Source: Alphaproteobacteria bacterium (GTDB lineage Bacteria; Pseudomonadota; Alphaproteobacteria; Rs-D84). From it: a DNA stretch of 64,000 bases. The position numbers were made by a program, and so were the translations under genes. The DNA lies in contig WSMU01000001.1 in assembly GCA_013316395.1 (NCBI GenBank), positions 2,393 to 66,392 on the forward strand. Reading direction: 5' to 3'. Within the stretch, counting starts at the first letter, position 1; each line of letters opens with the position of its first letter. Positions 1 to 9,934 of the stretch are shown here, in pieces. Under the pieces are notes generated by a model. That model saw nothing but the letters and a program-made list of their open reading frames with translations, ran no database searches and had not been told where the DNA came from.

Positions 1-1020
1 CTGAAGGATATTCAGGCGGTCGGGAACGAGCTTATTCCGGCGCTTATTCGCCAGTTTGTGCCGGGTGCAAAAATTCATCCGGAAATTCCGCACATCCCCT
101 ATGATGAGGCGATGTTGAAATACGGATGTGACAAGCCTGATTTGCGCAATCCGATTGAAATTTCAGATGTGACGGAAATATTCCGCGGTTCTGATTTTGG
201 TATTTTTGCAAACGCTATTGAAAATGGTGCGGTTGTTCGTGCAATTCCGGCGCCTGCGTCCGCTGATAAACCGCGCAGTTGGTTCGATAAGCTGGGTGAC
301 TATGCGGTAAAGGAACTGGGGCTGGGGGGCTTGGGCTATATTGTTTTCGCAGACGAGGCAAAGGGGCCGGTTGCAAAGAAGCTGGACCAGGAGCGTATTG
401 AAAAATTGCGGGCGATTGCCGGCGATGGTGCGACATTGTTCTTTGTATGCGATGCGCTTGATGCCGCGGCCAAGGCGGCGGGCAAGCTGCGCATCAAACT
501 GGGCCAGGATTTGGGACTGATAGATGAAAAAGAATTCCGCCTGTGCTGGATAGAAGAATTCCCGTTCTATGAAGTTAACGAAGAAACAGGTGCAATTGAT
601 TTCGGACATAATCCGTTTTCGCTGCCGCGTGGTGAACTGGACAAGGATGATCCGCTGTCTATCAAGGCGAACCAGTTTGACATGGTTCTAAACGGTGCCG
701 AAATATGCAGTGGCGGTTTGCGTAACTATAATCCTGAGACAATGGTTCGTGCATTTGAAATTGCCGGCTATGGCGAGGAAGACGTAAAGGCAAAGTTCGG
801 TGGTATGTACGCCGCGTTCCAGTATGGTGCACCGCCCCACGGTGGATGCGCGTTCGGTATTGACCGTCTGGTTCAAATCATGCTGGGCGAGGATAACCTG
901 CGTGCGGTGGTCGCATTCCCGACAAACCAGCGCGGCCAGGATTTGATGCTGGGGTCCCCGCGTGAGGTGACCGAACAGCAACTGCGCGAGGTTCATATAC
1001 AGGTTCGTAAAAAAGGTTAA
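1..1020 (+). CDS. aspS: Aspartyl-tRNA synthetase, C-terminal part (5' end lies outside the window)
   Basis: The frame is open from base 1. The translation carries class II aaRS motif 3 (GAPPHGGCAFGIDRLV) and the AspRS-type insertion domain. The listed ORF 58..1020 is only the part downstream of an internal GTG. Confidence 0.9.
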   Translation: MKDIQAVGNELIPALIRQFVPGAKIHPEIPHIPYDEAMLKYGCDKPDLRNPIEISDVTEIFRGSDFGIFANAIENGAVVRAIPAPASADKPRSWFDKLGDYAVKELGLGGLGYIVFADEAKGPVAKKLDQERIEKLRAIAGDGATLFFVCDALDAAAKAAGKLRIKLGQDLGLIDEKEFRLCWIEEFPFYEVNEETGAIDFGHNPFSLPRGELDKDDPLSIKANQFDMVLNGAEICSGGLRNYNPETMVRAFEIAGYGEEDVKAKFGGMYAAFQYGAPPHGGCAFGIDRLVQIMLGEDNLRAVVAFPTNQRGQDLMLGSPREVTEQQLREVHIQVRKKG

Positions 1021-1038
1021 TATATACAACCCAACTGG

Positions 1039-1069
1039 CGCCCGCCCTATGGCGGGTGTCTTTATTTAA
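1039..1069 (+). terminator. Rho-independent terminator after aspS
   Basis: Hairpin CGCCCGCC-CTAT-GGCGGGTG followed by TCTTTATTT. Confidence 0.6.
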
Positions 1070-1132
1070 GAAATCAAACCTATTAACAACAATTTTTTCC
1101 CATATATAATTTTATATATGGAGAATTTCATA

Positions 1133-1495
1133 ATGAACCCGCAAATAGAAAAACTGTCCCGGATGTTGAACCTTAGCCCGTATCAGTCCCAGACCCTGGT
1201 GGGGGGCAGCGATAAGTATAATATGTCGCGCCTGGTAAAGCGCGGTGGGCTGCTGTATGCGCCATATAATATGCGTGGCGTGTTTGGGCGGGCGTCTGAT
1301 ATTTTGCGAGGGCGGCGGGCTGATTTGATTGGGTATAACAAAACACTGCTGCGGGGGCAGCGCGGAATAAAATTTTATGCGGCCGGATATCACTGTGTTC
1401 GAATTGGCCGCTTTATGTATTATGCGGATTCAACCGGTGCGGCAATATCACGCCGCGCATTTTTGCGCGGTATAAATACGTGTGACGGTCGTTAA
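1133..1495 (+). CDS. Hypothetical small basic protein (weak call)
   Basis: ATG at 1133 is preceded by GGAGA with an 8-nt spacer. The product is Gly/Arg-rich with no recognisable family. It overlaps the asmA-like gene convergently by 4 bp. Confidence 0.3.
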   Translation: MNPQIEKLSRMLNLSPYQSQTLVGGSDKYNMSRLVKRGGLLYAPYNMRGVFGRASDILRGRRADLIGYNKTLLRGQRGIKFYAAGYHCVRIGRFMYYADSTGAAISRRAFLRGINTCDGR

Positions 1496-3966
1496 AATTT
1501 CGGATGCGTCGCGATGAATTCGCGCATAAATGATGCATCAAAATCATTCATTATTTCCGATAATGAATAACGCCGTGCGCCATCGGGCAGAACCTCGATT
1601 GATATAAGCGCCGGGGCCGGTGATGTACCGCGCAATTTTAATGCAAAGTTTGCGCGCATTGCGCCGTCATTTATTTCCAGTGCACCGGTGGCGTCTGCAT
1701 GGCGCATAGATATAGTCAGCGGTGCCGTTGTTTTGAAATCACGGCCGGCAAATTCACCGGTTACATGCATTTCTTTTAAACGTGACTGGCCGCCGTCTAA
1801 TGCACGGGCGATTGCAAATTCAGCGTTAAAGGTTGTTATACTGTCGGCGGCGGCATAAAAATCATCAACACCGAAACCATAAATATAACCACCGGTGAAA
1901 ACAGCATCGATATCGCCCGCCATATTGTATGCGATATCGTGCGCGATTTTGCCCGATGTTTTGATTTGTGCCTCGCCGGTGATGCGGGCATCGGATACGT
2001 TAAGCGGCATTCGCGATGACAGCAGCATTCCGCTTAGTTTAAAGTTGCTGGCCTGGATGGAAATGTCATATTCTTTTTTATCTTTTGTTATGATAGCCAG
2101 CAGGTTGCCGCGTGCGCTGTCTGTTATGGAGTATGTTTGTGTGTCGGGTTTTAGACTATATACAAAATTGCTGTATTCATCGCCATTGTATATAAGCTTG
2201 TCGGCGCGAAGAGATATGCCAACATTTAATCCAAAGGGCAGCATTATTGGTGCGTCTGTTAAAAATTCCATTTCATCGTAGTTATCAAGAAAAGCCTGGG
2301 ATATAAAGGCATCCAGGTTAATTGTGTCAGTATGCAGCGTTATGTTTTTCCCAGATGCAGTGCCGGTCATCTCATGCCCCAGCGCCCGAATAGTCAGGTT
2401 GGATATCGCATCCCCACGACGCAGGCCCGAGATGAAGTATTCATCATCGGCGATTGCGCGCATATCCATTTTTGGGAACCAGTCGTGCAGGCTGCGGCCT
2501 GATATCACAAAGGCGTCGCCCTGGGTTGTTAGTTCCCAGCGGCCGCTATGCGGTCGGAATGTAACGCGGTCGCCACTAAGTGCGAAATCGCCTATCTCAT
2601 TGCGCATAAATTCCGGGATAAAAGTCATCTCGTCACGCAGCCATGACAATGTTTTATCACGTGCGAATTTAAATTCCGGGCGGACGGCGGGCCCTTCGAT
2701 AAACAGTGTTCCGGCCGCATCCGCAAAGATGAACTTTACAGTGCCGCGTGCCCCAAAATGCGCGATAATATCACGCAGTTCTTCATCGGATGGCATTATT
2801 GCATCGGATTTAACCGATATGACAAACGTATCCCCTTTGACGCTAATTGTTCCATTCATACCGCGGTATGAAAAGTTATCGCATGTCCAAGATTCCGGGG
2901 TGCCGGAAAAGATGCATCTGGCGATGTGATTGTTTATTTTTGTCGATATAGCCAGGTCATGGGCACCCGTTGCGGTAATGCGTCCGCCGGAAATAACAGT
3001 GTCGTCTGCAACGATTTTATTTATCTCCAGCCCGTCTTGTGTTCCTGTCGCCAGAATTATCAAACGGGAAAATTCGCGATTGCCCAGTTTTAAATGCCCG
3101 CGCAGGTTAAGGTTAAAAGATGTTTCATGAATAATCTTGGTTGGATTTAGCAGGAATGAAAAATCAAATGTTGCATCCGGCGAAGATATTTCTATGCTGC
3201 GTCGACCGTCCGGTTCCAGGTCTATGTTACCGGTAAAGTTATTGGCGTGTATGTCTGAAAAGCGAACGCCATAACCGCCGTCCCAATCGAACTTCATTTC
3301 CAGGTCAATTTCGCCCGGAATTTTTGGTTCGTTAAATTCAAACATTTCGTTTATATTATCCGTCTTTAAGGCCATTGTCCCGCGTGCCCCGCCATCGGGT
3401 GTCAGATTGCCGAACACAACCAGATTACTATTTTTATTGGCTACAAAAAATTCATCCCCGTTAAGTGTTATGTCGTATTTATGCTGGCTTGTGCGAACAG
3501 TTGCCTTTAACTCGCCACCCCCGACAAGCCCGTCTATTATCCTATATTCCTTGCCCAGGAAATCCACAGTGCAGTTATGCAATTCTATGTCATAGCGCGG
3601 CGCCACCGGTACCAGGCGCGATATTTTTACATTTGCATCGTATATGCTAATACGGCCGTCCAGATGTGCACCATCCGGATTTAGCAGCGCGCTTAGCGGG
3701 ACGCGAAACGCCGCCGCGCCGATATTACCGTCGGGGACGACTATATCACGGGCAACAATTGTTATGGCACCCAAAAGGCTGAAATGAATATCGCCACGAA
3801 TTGTTGTTATGGCCCCCGTCTGGGCCGCGATTGCAGATTCCAGTTTTGGCTTTAGCCGGTTTAGGGTAAACATCGGCGGAACAACCACGATTGCAATCGC
3901 CAAAAGGGCCATTATGGCGGCGGTTATATAAAGTATTTTGCGGCGGGTTCTGGGTTTTAATGCCAT
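1492..3966 (-). CDS. AsmA-family outer-membrane biogenesis protein
   Basis: N-terminal membrane anchor (MALKPRTRRKILYITAAIMALLAIAIVVV) followed by a large periplasmic beta-rich region typical of AsmA/TamB-like proteins. Start chosen at the internal ATG 3966 just before the anchor; the ORF extends to 4029. Confidence 0.65.
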   Translation of the reverse strand: MALKPRTRRKILYITAAIMALLAIAIVVVPPMFTLNRLKPKLESAIAAQTGAITTIRGDIHFSLLGAITIVARDIVVPDGNIGAAAFRVPLSALLNPDGAHLDGRISIYDANVKISRLVPVAPRYDIELHNCTVDFLGKEYRIIDGLVGGGELKATVRTSQHKYDITLNGDEFFVANKNSNLVVFGNLTPDGGARGTMALKTDNINEMFEFNEPKIPGEIDLEMKFDWDGGYGVRFSDIHANNFTGNIDLEPDGRRSIEISSPDATFDFSFLLNPTKIIHETSFNLNLRGHLKLGNREFSRLIILATGTQDGLEINKIVADDTVISGGRITATGAHDLAISTKINNHIARCIFSGTPESWTCDNFSYRGMNGTISVKGDTFVISVKSDAIMPSDEELRDIIAHFGARGTVKFIFADAAGTLFIEGPAVRPEFKFARDKTLSWLRDEMTFIPEFMRNEIGDFALSGDRVTFRPHSGRWELTTQGDAFVISGRSLHDWFPKMDMRAIADDEYFISGLRRGDAISNLTIRALGHEMTGTASGKNITLHTDTINLDAFISQAFLDNYDEMEFLTDAPIMLPFGLNVGISLRADKLIYNGDEYSNFVYSLKPDTQTYSITDSARGNLLAIITKDKKEYDISIQASNFKLSGMLLSSRMPLNVSDARITGEAQIKTSGKIAHDIAYNMAGDIDAVFTGGYIYGFGVDDFYAAADSITTFNAEFAIARALDGGQSRLKEMHVTGEFAGRDFKTTAPLTISMRHADATGALEINDGAMRANFALKLRGTSPAPALISIEVLPDGARRYSLSEIMNDFDASFMREFIATHPKF

Positions 3967-4015
3967 TTTCTCTTTCCTTGTATTTTTATTATAATGGATT
4001 ATATTAACAATTAAA

Positions 4016-6007
4016 ATGAAAAAGAGCATATTTGATCTTCAGAGTGATTACAAACCCATGGGCGACCAGCCGACCGCGATTGCAGAACTGGCCGGTGGTG
4101 TACGTGATGGCCGTCACAGCCAGGTCTTGCTTGGCGTGACGGGTTCGGGTAAAACCTTTACCATGGCAAACATTATCGCAGAGCTGTCACGACCGGCACT
4201 TATCATGGCACCGAACAAAATTTTGGCGGCGCAGCTGTATACGGAAATGAAATCGTTTTTTCCAAACAATCATGTCGAGTATTTCGTTTCCTACTACGAT
4301 TATTATCAGCCAGAGGCTTATATGCCCACAACCGATACATATATTGACAAGGATGCGGCGATTAACGAGCAACTGGACCGCATGCGGCACAGTGCGACGC
4401 GCGCCATGCTGGAAGAGCGTGATGTGGTTGTGATTTCATCTGTTTCATCTATATACGGTATGGGCAGCCCGGAACAATATTCCGGTATGAAGGTGGTGCT
4501 GAATGCGGGCGACAAAATGGGAATGAAAGACGTAATGCGCGCATTAGTAGATATTCAGTACAAGCGTAATGATACCGCGTTCGAGCGTGGTGATTTTCGT
4601 GTGCGTGGTGATACACTGGATGTGTTCCCGTCGCATGCACTGGACCGTGCGTGGAAGATTTCCTTTTTTGGCGATGAAATAGAAGAGATATGGGAATTTG
4701 ATACCCTAACGGGGGCAAAATTGCATCGGCTGGACCGTATTGCAATTTATCCCAATACGCACTATGCCACGCCAATGCCCAGTATTTTGCAGGCAATCGG
4801 TCAGATAAAAACCGACCTGAAGGAGCGTTTGGAATACTTTCATGAAAACATGAAGTATATAGAGGAGCAGCGCCTGCGCGAGCGTGTGAATTTTGATATA
4901 GAAATGATGGAATCAACGGGGACATGCCGGGGTATTGAAAACTATTCCAGATATCTGTCTGGGCGTGCGCCGGGGATGCCGCCGCCAACATTGTTTGAGT
5001 ATTTGCCCCGCGATGCCGTATTGTTTATTGACGAGAGTCATGTTACCGTTCCCCAGATATCTGCAATGTCACGCGGGGACCGTGCGCGCAAGGAGACGCT
5101 GTCACAGTATGGCTTTCGTCTGCCAGCGTGCATTGATAACCGGCCGCTGACGTTTGAGGAGTGGGATGCCCTGCGCCCGCAGACAATATTTGTATCTGCG
5201 ACACCCGCCGCATGGGAAATGGAGCAGGCCGGCGGTATCGTCGCAGAGCAGGTTATTCGCCCGACAGGTCTGCTGGACCCGGTATGCGAGGTACGCCCCA
5301 CCGCGAACCAGGTTGACGATTTGCTGGACCAGATAAAGAAGACCAAGGGGCGTGTACTGGTTACGACACTTACCAAAAAAATGGCGGAGCAGCTAACCGA
5401 TTATCTTAATGAAAACGGTGTGCGTGCAAAATATCTGCACAGTGATATAGAAACACTCGAGCGTATAGAACTGCTGCGTGATTTGCGCCTGGGGAAATAT
5501 GATGTGCTGGTTGGTATTAACTTGCTGCGCGAGGGGCTGGACGTTCCTGAATGTGAACTGGTTGCGATTATGGATGCCGACAAGGAAGGCTTCCTGCGCT
5601 CGACGCGTTCTCTTATCCAGACAATAGGGCGTGCGGCGCGTAATGCAAACGGGCGTGTTATTTTGTATGCCGATAAAATGACGGATTCAATGAATGCCGC
5701 CCTGACGGAAACGGCACGTCGTCGCGAAAAGCAGATGGCATATAACAAGGCGCACGGTATTACCCCAAAGACTGTTACAAAGGCGGTATTTGCAGAGGTT
5801 GGTGAAAAAGAAGAAAAAACGGATAAAAAACGTCGGTTTGTATATGACAAGGCCGGCGGTGTTATGGATGCGGATTCAATTCGCAAGCAGATAAAAGAGC
5901 TGACGCGGAAGATGCGGCGCGCGGCCGAAGATTTAGAGTTCGAAGAGGCCGGTGAATATCGCGATGCGATAAGAAAGCTGGAAGACGACTTGCTGTTGGT
6001 GGAGTAG
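4016..6007 (+). CDS. uvrB: Excinuclease ABC subunit B
   Basis: Walker A (GVTGSGKTFT), helicase motifs and the C-terminal UvrB/UvrC interaction motif (EFEEAGEYRDAIRKLE); 663 aa, full length. Confidence 0.95.
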   Translation: MKKSIFDLQSDYKPMGDQPTAIAELAGGVRDGRHSQVLLGVTGSGKTFTMANIIAELSRPALIMAPNKILAAQLYTEMKSFFPNNHVEYFVSYYDYYQPEAYMPTTDTYIDKDAAINEQLDRMRHSATRAMLEERDVVVISSVSSIYGMGSPEQYSGMKVVLNAGDKMGMKDVMRALVDIQYKRNDTAFERGDFRVRGDTLDVFPSHALDRAWKISFFGDEIEEIWEFDTLTGAKLHRLDRIAIYPNTHYATPMPSILQAIGQIKTDLKERLEYFHENMKYIEEQRLRERVNFDIEMMESTGTCRGIENYSRYLSGRAPGMPPPTLFEYLPRDAVLFIDESHVTVPQISAMSRGDRARKETLSQYGFRLPACIDNRPLTFEEWDALRPQTIFVSATPAAWEMEQAGGIVAEQVIRPTGLLDPVCEVRPTANQVDDLLDQIKKTKGRVLVTTLTKKMAEQLTDYLNENGVRAKYLHSDIETLERIELLRDLRLGKYDVLVGINLLREGLDVPECELVAIMDADKEGFLRSTRSLIQTIGRAARNANGRVILYADKMTDSMNAALTETARRREKQMAYNKAHGITPKTVTKAVFAEVGEKEEKTDKKRRFVYDKAGGVMDADSIRKQIKELTRKMRRAAEDLEFEEAGEYRDAIRKLEDDLLLVE

Positions 6008-6010
6008 GCT

Positions 6011-6409
6011 ATGACGGAATTTATATCAAACAATGTCGAAGAACTGCGTCGCTGGGCGGCGGATTTTGCCGCTGGGCTGCGTGCGCCGGTAACGGTTGCG
6101 CTGCACGGTGACCTGGGGATGGGCAAGTCAGAGATTGCACGCGCGATAATACAGACACTTTGCGGGGCGGATACCGTTGTCCCCAGTCCGACGTTTACGA
6201 TTGTGCAAAACTATGACGGAATATCACATTTTGATTTGTACCGCGTTGCAGACCCGGACGAGTTGACGGAGATAGGGCTAGATTATGCTATTGAAAATGA
6301 CATCACGCTGATTGAATGGCCTGATGTCGCGGCGGGGATGCTGCCACCGAATACTATTCATGTTTATATAGATGCCCACGGCGATGGACGCCGCATTGTT
6401 GTTAAATAG
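6011..6409 (+). CDS. tsaE: tRNA threonylcarbamoyladenosine biosynthesis protein TsaE
   Basis: P-loop GDLGMGKSEIAR and a YjeE-like size of 132 aa. Confidence 0.8.
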   Translation: MTEFISNNVEELRRWAADFAAGLRAPVTVALHGDLGMGKSEIARAIIQTLCGADTVVPSPTFTIVQNYDGISHFDLYRVADPDELTEIGLDYAIENDITLIEWPDVAAGMLPPNTIHVYIDAHGDGRRIVVK

Positions 6410-6601
6410 TAATTAGATGTGGTGCGATTGGGAAATGGCTCCTGTTGTTTATTGTGGCGATGCGCGCAATAGTTGGTATGCGGATTAACATTCGCGATGC
6501 GAACACTGCGTACACGGACTTTCTGGTCCTGAACCCATATCCCTGCGGATTTACCGGCGCCAGTGCGCGCCAAATCCAAAAACAAGCGATGTTTGCAAAA
6601 A

Positions 6602-6630
6602 AAATCCCGGGCTTTCCGGGATTTATTTTT
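6602..6630. terminator. Bidirectional hairpin between tsaE and rpe
   Basis: AAATCCCGG-GCTT-TCCGGGATTT with an A-run on one side and a T-run on the other. Confidence 0.55.
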
Positions 6631-7306
6631 TTGTACGCGGCAACAGACTTTGCACCGCCAAGGGGAAATCCGGACTGCGCGCCAGATAAGAGCCCGATAC
6701 CAACATATCCGCCCCCGCCAGCCAGCATGCCTGGGCGGTGTCGGCGTTGATGCCGCCATCGACGGATATTGTGAATTTTAAGCCGTATTTCTTGCGCGTT
6801 GCATTTAATACGGAAATCTTTTTTATGGCTTCTTTGTCAAAATGCTGGCCTGCGGCGCCGGGGGCGACCGACATTACCATTACCTCATCTATTTCGCGCA
6901 GTATCGGTTTTAATATTGCAACCGATGAATCCGGATTCAGTGCAACCGCCGCACGGCGGCCGGCGGCCTTTATCTCGCGCAGGGCCACGCGCAGGCCCGA
7001 TGTGTTCGTGGATACAACAACCGTATCCGCACCGGCCGCGATTGCGTCCGCCGCCCAGACGGACGGACTTTCCGTCATTAAGTGAACATGCAGGTGCGCC
7101 GTTGTTTTACTGCGTATGTGCTTAAGCTCCGCTATGCTGCCGGCGATGCGATCAACATAAAAGCCGTCCATTATATCGACATGAATCATCGATATCCCGC
7201 CTGATTTAAACAGTGTATATGTTTCAGGGCGGCGCATGTTAAAGCACAGTGTGCTGGGCATAATGGGGATAAAGCGTGGACGCGCCGGGCGGCGCCCGAT
7301 ATGCAT
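6623..7306 (-). CDS. rpe: Ribulose-phosphate 3-epimerase (C-terminal portion of a fused 593-aa ORF)
   Basis: Rpe motifs are present: IHVDIMDG (metal-binding His/Asp), VMSVAPGAAGQ and SVDGGIN. An N-terminal stretch MPSTLCFNMRRPE aligns with Rpe APSILSADFARLGE. There is no stop codon between this and the upstream FtsA-like part. Confidence 0.75.
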   Translation of the reverse strand: MHIGRRPARPRFIPIMPSTLCFNMRRPETYTLFKSGGISMIHVDIMDGFYVDRIAGSIAELKHIRSKTTAHLHVHLMTESPSVWAADAIAAGADTVVVSTNTSGLRVALREIKAAGRRAAVALNPDSSVAILKPILREIDEVMVMSVAPGAAGQHFDKEAIKKISVLNATRKKYGLKFTISVDGGINADTAQACWLAGADMLVSGSYLARSPDFPLAVQSLLPRTKK

Positions 7307-8404
7307 TACGCGACGCAGCCAATCGCCCCGGCGCCGCCACTTTTCCTGGCGTCGCAGTGCCGCCGCAATACGCGGCTTTTGCATGGACCAGATATGTGCC
7401 GCCAATGCACGGGCCGTTGCGTCATAGGGCAGCTTTTGTACAGGGATTGAAAAAGCGTTTTCAAAAAATTCGGTAACACCGGTCATTTCGGCCCCGCCGC
7501 CGGTCAGCATTATTTTACAAGGTCTATATTTGGCAATGGCCCCCATGGCCGATGATTTTATCAGGCCGGCTATTTCAACCATGCGCGGCAGTACAATTTC
7601 ATTTATATCCGCCCTTGAAAAGTCGTAGGCCGGGTCGGCGGGTGTAAAGCGGTCCATTTCCTGGGGCGCCAGGGATGCGACCGCGCGCTTTATAGTGTCG
7701 GCGGCATCGATGTCTATTTGCATTTTATCCGATATATCGCGCGTGATTTTAGCACCGCCAATCGGTATTTTCTTTAGCGTTACCGGACCGCGGTCCGTCC
7801 AAATGGATGCCGTTGTGAATTCATCCCCCAGGTCTATGAACATTACATTTTCGCGTGCGCGGCGCAATGTTGCGTTTAATAAAAACTGTGGGTCGAAAAA
7901 TCCGGCGGTCTGGATATGGGCGCGACGCATTGCGGCCGTGATTTTATCAAGACGGGCGCGTTCGTAAAATATTGCACCGAATGCAGATATCAGGGCATGG
8001 TCCGTATGGCCAATTGGTGATATTACATTTCGTGCGCCCGGCGTATCATATCGCAGCGGGATTATATGCATGGGATAGAAGCCGTCGGGGGGTGTGATTT
8101 GTGCAATTTGTCCGCGGACATCTGATGCGGTTATTTTATGTTCCCCGCCCCAGTTAGTGCTTTTTGCGGTCATTTCAAAATGGGCCGCGCCAAAGTCCCC
8201 CGTTACATACGCCGCATCAAAATGTGCGCCGATTTGCCGTTCCAGTTCGTCTATGACGGATTTTAAAGCATAGACGGTATCGCGGCTGTCCATTGCAAAT
8301 ATCGCTGATTTATCAATGCGTGCACTGCGTACGCGATGTGCGCATCCGCGCACGCCGGCGGCGCCTATGTCCAGGCACAGAAAAGATGAATCAAACAGGT
8401 TCAT
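7307..8404 (-). CDS. ftsA: Cell-division protein FtsA-like (N-terminal 366 aa of the fused ORF)
   Basis: Actin-like ATPase motifs: LCLDIGAAGVRG (phosphate 1), DLGDEFTTASIW, IMLTGGGAEMTGV. A basic amphipathic tail (WRRRGDWLRRV) follows. ftsQ lies immediately upstream. Confidence 0.7.
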
Positions 8405-8408
8405 TTTT

Positions 8409-9089
8409 TTATTTTACCAATATTCTGGCATCGTCACGCATGTCTATGACCGATATGTCGCGTGATAGCAGGCCGTGCTTTTCATCAAGTACCATAAGCG
8501 TGGCAATCGCCGCGGCTGGGTTATCTTCGGGCAGCATTACCGTTATTCCCCCCAGCGTCTGCATGTTCCAGCGCCGCGATTCTATCCATTCCAGGTAATC
8601 TAGTTTGCCAATCATGTTATGTGCGGATTTTGTTATTTCGGATATATCGGCCGGCAGTGTGCCGCGGAATAGTACGGATGCCGCATCGCGGGTATCTCTG
8701 GGGCGTTTGACTATTGTTCCGTCCGCCGACAGGGGAAAGTATGCCTGGCCGTCGGTCCATTGGGCGACCGCATGATGCATTTCGACCTTTACCTTTAGGT
8801 TGCCATTTGGCATGCGTCGGACCGCGCAATCGCGAACGCCGGGTGTGGCGGCGATGCGTGCGTTTTGGGCGGATAAATCAACACTGTATGTATGTGTGCC
8901 CGGTGCCACCGCGGCGGCCGCCGCAACCGGGTTTAAATCCGGGCCGCGCATGTCGGCGGATATTGATATTGTTCGCACACGCGATACCGTGCCATGACCC
9001 ATTGTTGTCATGATTATGCGCACGGCAAAGTAGGTTGCCAGAATAATTGACAGGGCAAAAAACAGCCAAAACCAGATAGAACGTTTCAT
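8409..9089 (-). CDS. ftsQ: Cell-division protein FtsQ
   Basis: N-terminal TM helix followed by POTRA/FtsQ-like periplasmic domains (KVKVEMHHAVAQWTDGQAYF...SADGTIV; C-terminal ISVIDMRDDARILV). Confidence 0.75.
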   Translation of the reverse strand: MKRSIWFWLFFALSIILATYFAVRIIMTTMGHGTVSRVRTISISADMRGPDLNPVAAAAAVAPGTHTYSVDLSAQNARIAATPGVRDCAVRRMPNGNLKVKVEMHHAVAQWTDGQAYFPLSADGTIVKRPRDTRDAASVLFRGTLPADISEITKSAHNMIGKLDYLEWIESRRWNMQTLGGITVMLPEDNPAAAIATLMVLDEKHGLLSRDISVIDMRDDARILVK

Positions 9090-9141
9090 ACCACGGATTA
9101 TAGCACAATTTTAACCGATAAAAAAGGGGGGCTGTAAAAAA

Positions 9142-9537
9142 TTACATTGCACGCAACAGATATCCGCGACGGAACATACATTTGCGGTATGAGCCCACAG
9201 ATTTTGAAGTCGTATTACGTGGTACGGACATCAGGCTGCGCTGGCCGACATCCTTGTATTCGTTTGATTGAAATGTCACCCACAGGCCGTCCCAGTCAGG
9301 CATCATCCCACTTTGGTTCGGGGCAATAAGCTTTGCCAAGCGTGAGCGCGGCAGATAAGAAGGCTTGGTTATACCCAGGCATGCCTTGTGGTCGCGAACA
9401 AACTGTTCTGTGGTTACGGCCTCATTCTCCCAGTTTAGGACAGTGGCGTTGTCAATGCTGCCGCGGTTCGGCGACGAGCATGCCGCCAGGCACATACAAA
9501 AAATTGCAGATATGCATTTTATTCTCATGTTATGCAT
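9142..9537 (-). CDS. Hypothetical lipoprotein
   Basis: Signal peptide with lipobox LAACSS; no family recognised. Confidence 0.45.
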   Translation of the reverse strand: MHNMRIKCISAIFCMCLAACSSPNRGSIDNATVLNWENEAVTTEQFVRDHKACLGITKPSYLPRSRLAKLIAPNQSGMMPDWDGLWVTFQSNEYKDVGQRSLMSVPRNTTSKSVGSYRKCMFRRGYLLRAM

Positions 9538-9601
9538 TATAATTTAATTGCGTTAGGGGGGCAATACTTTTTATAATGAATTAAATGGCAAGGGGGCGCC
9601 A

Positions 9602-9922
9602 ATGGCGATAACTGTTCAGAATTTTATAAAAATGGCAAACTTTTACAACCAGATGACGATGATGATGTCGGCTATCTGTGTGCAAAAGGGCGGCATCGCT
9701 ATTGAAAATTATGTGGGGCGTTTCTTTGCGGCCGATACTTTGGAATTTGTTTACGAATACGGTCGCCGTTTGGTAGAGGCCGGAAATGTATCGCCGGATG
9801 TGCGTGCGCTGGTGGAACGCTTTCGCATGCAGTATGAGCGTGTGCGGGATTTAACCACACCTTCACAGCGGCCGATTTACGAAATGACGTTGGAAGAATT
9901 TGAAAAGCTGATGAACATATAG
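9602..9922 (+). CDS. Hypothetical protein
   Basis: 106-aa ORF co-oriented with the downstream lipoprotein/lolCDE genes; no recognisable motif. Confidence 0.4.
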   Translation: MAITVQNFIKMANFYNQMTMMMSAICVQKGGIAIENYVGRFFAADTLEFVYEYGRRLVEAGNVSPDVRALVERFRMQYERVRDLTTPSQRPIYEMTLEEFEKLMNI

Positions 9923-9934
9923 CGGGGGCAGGGA

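Noticed and set aside
4187-5376. Several 60-180-aa ORFs antisense or out of frame within uvrB, and similar internal ORFs inside asmA, addB, mutL, ftsK and secD
   Set aside because: They are embedded in long, well-supported genes on the other frame or strand and have no independent motifs or start signals.
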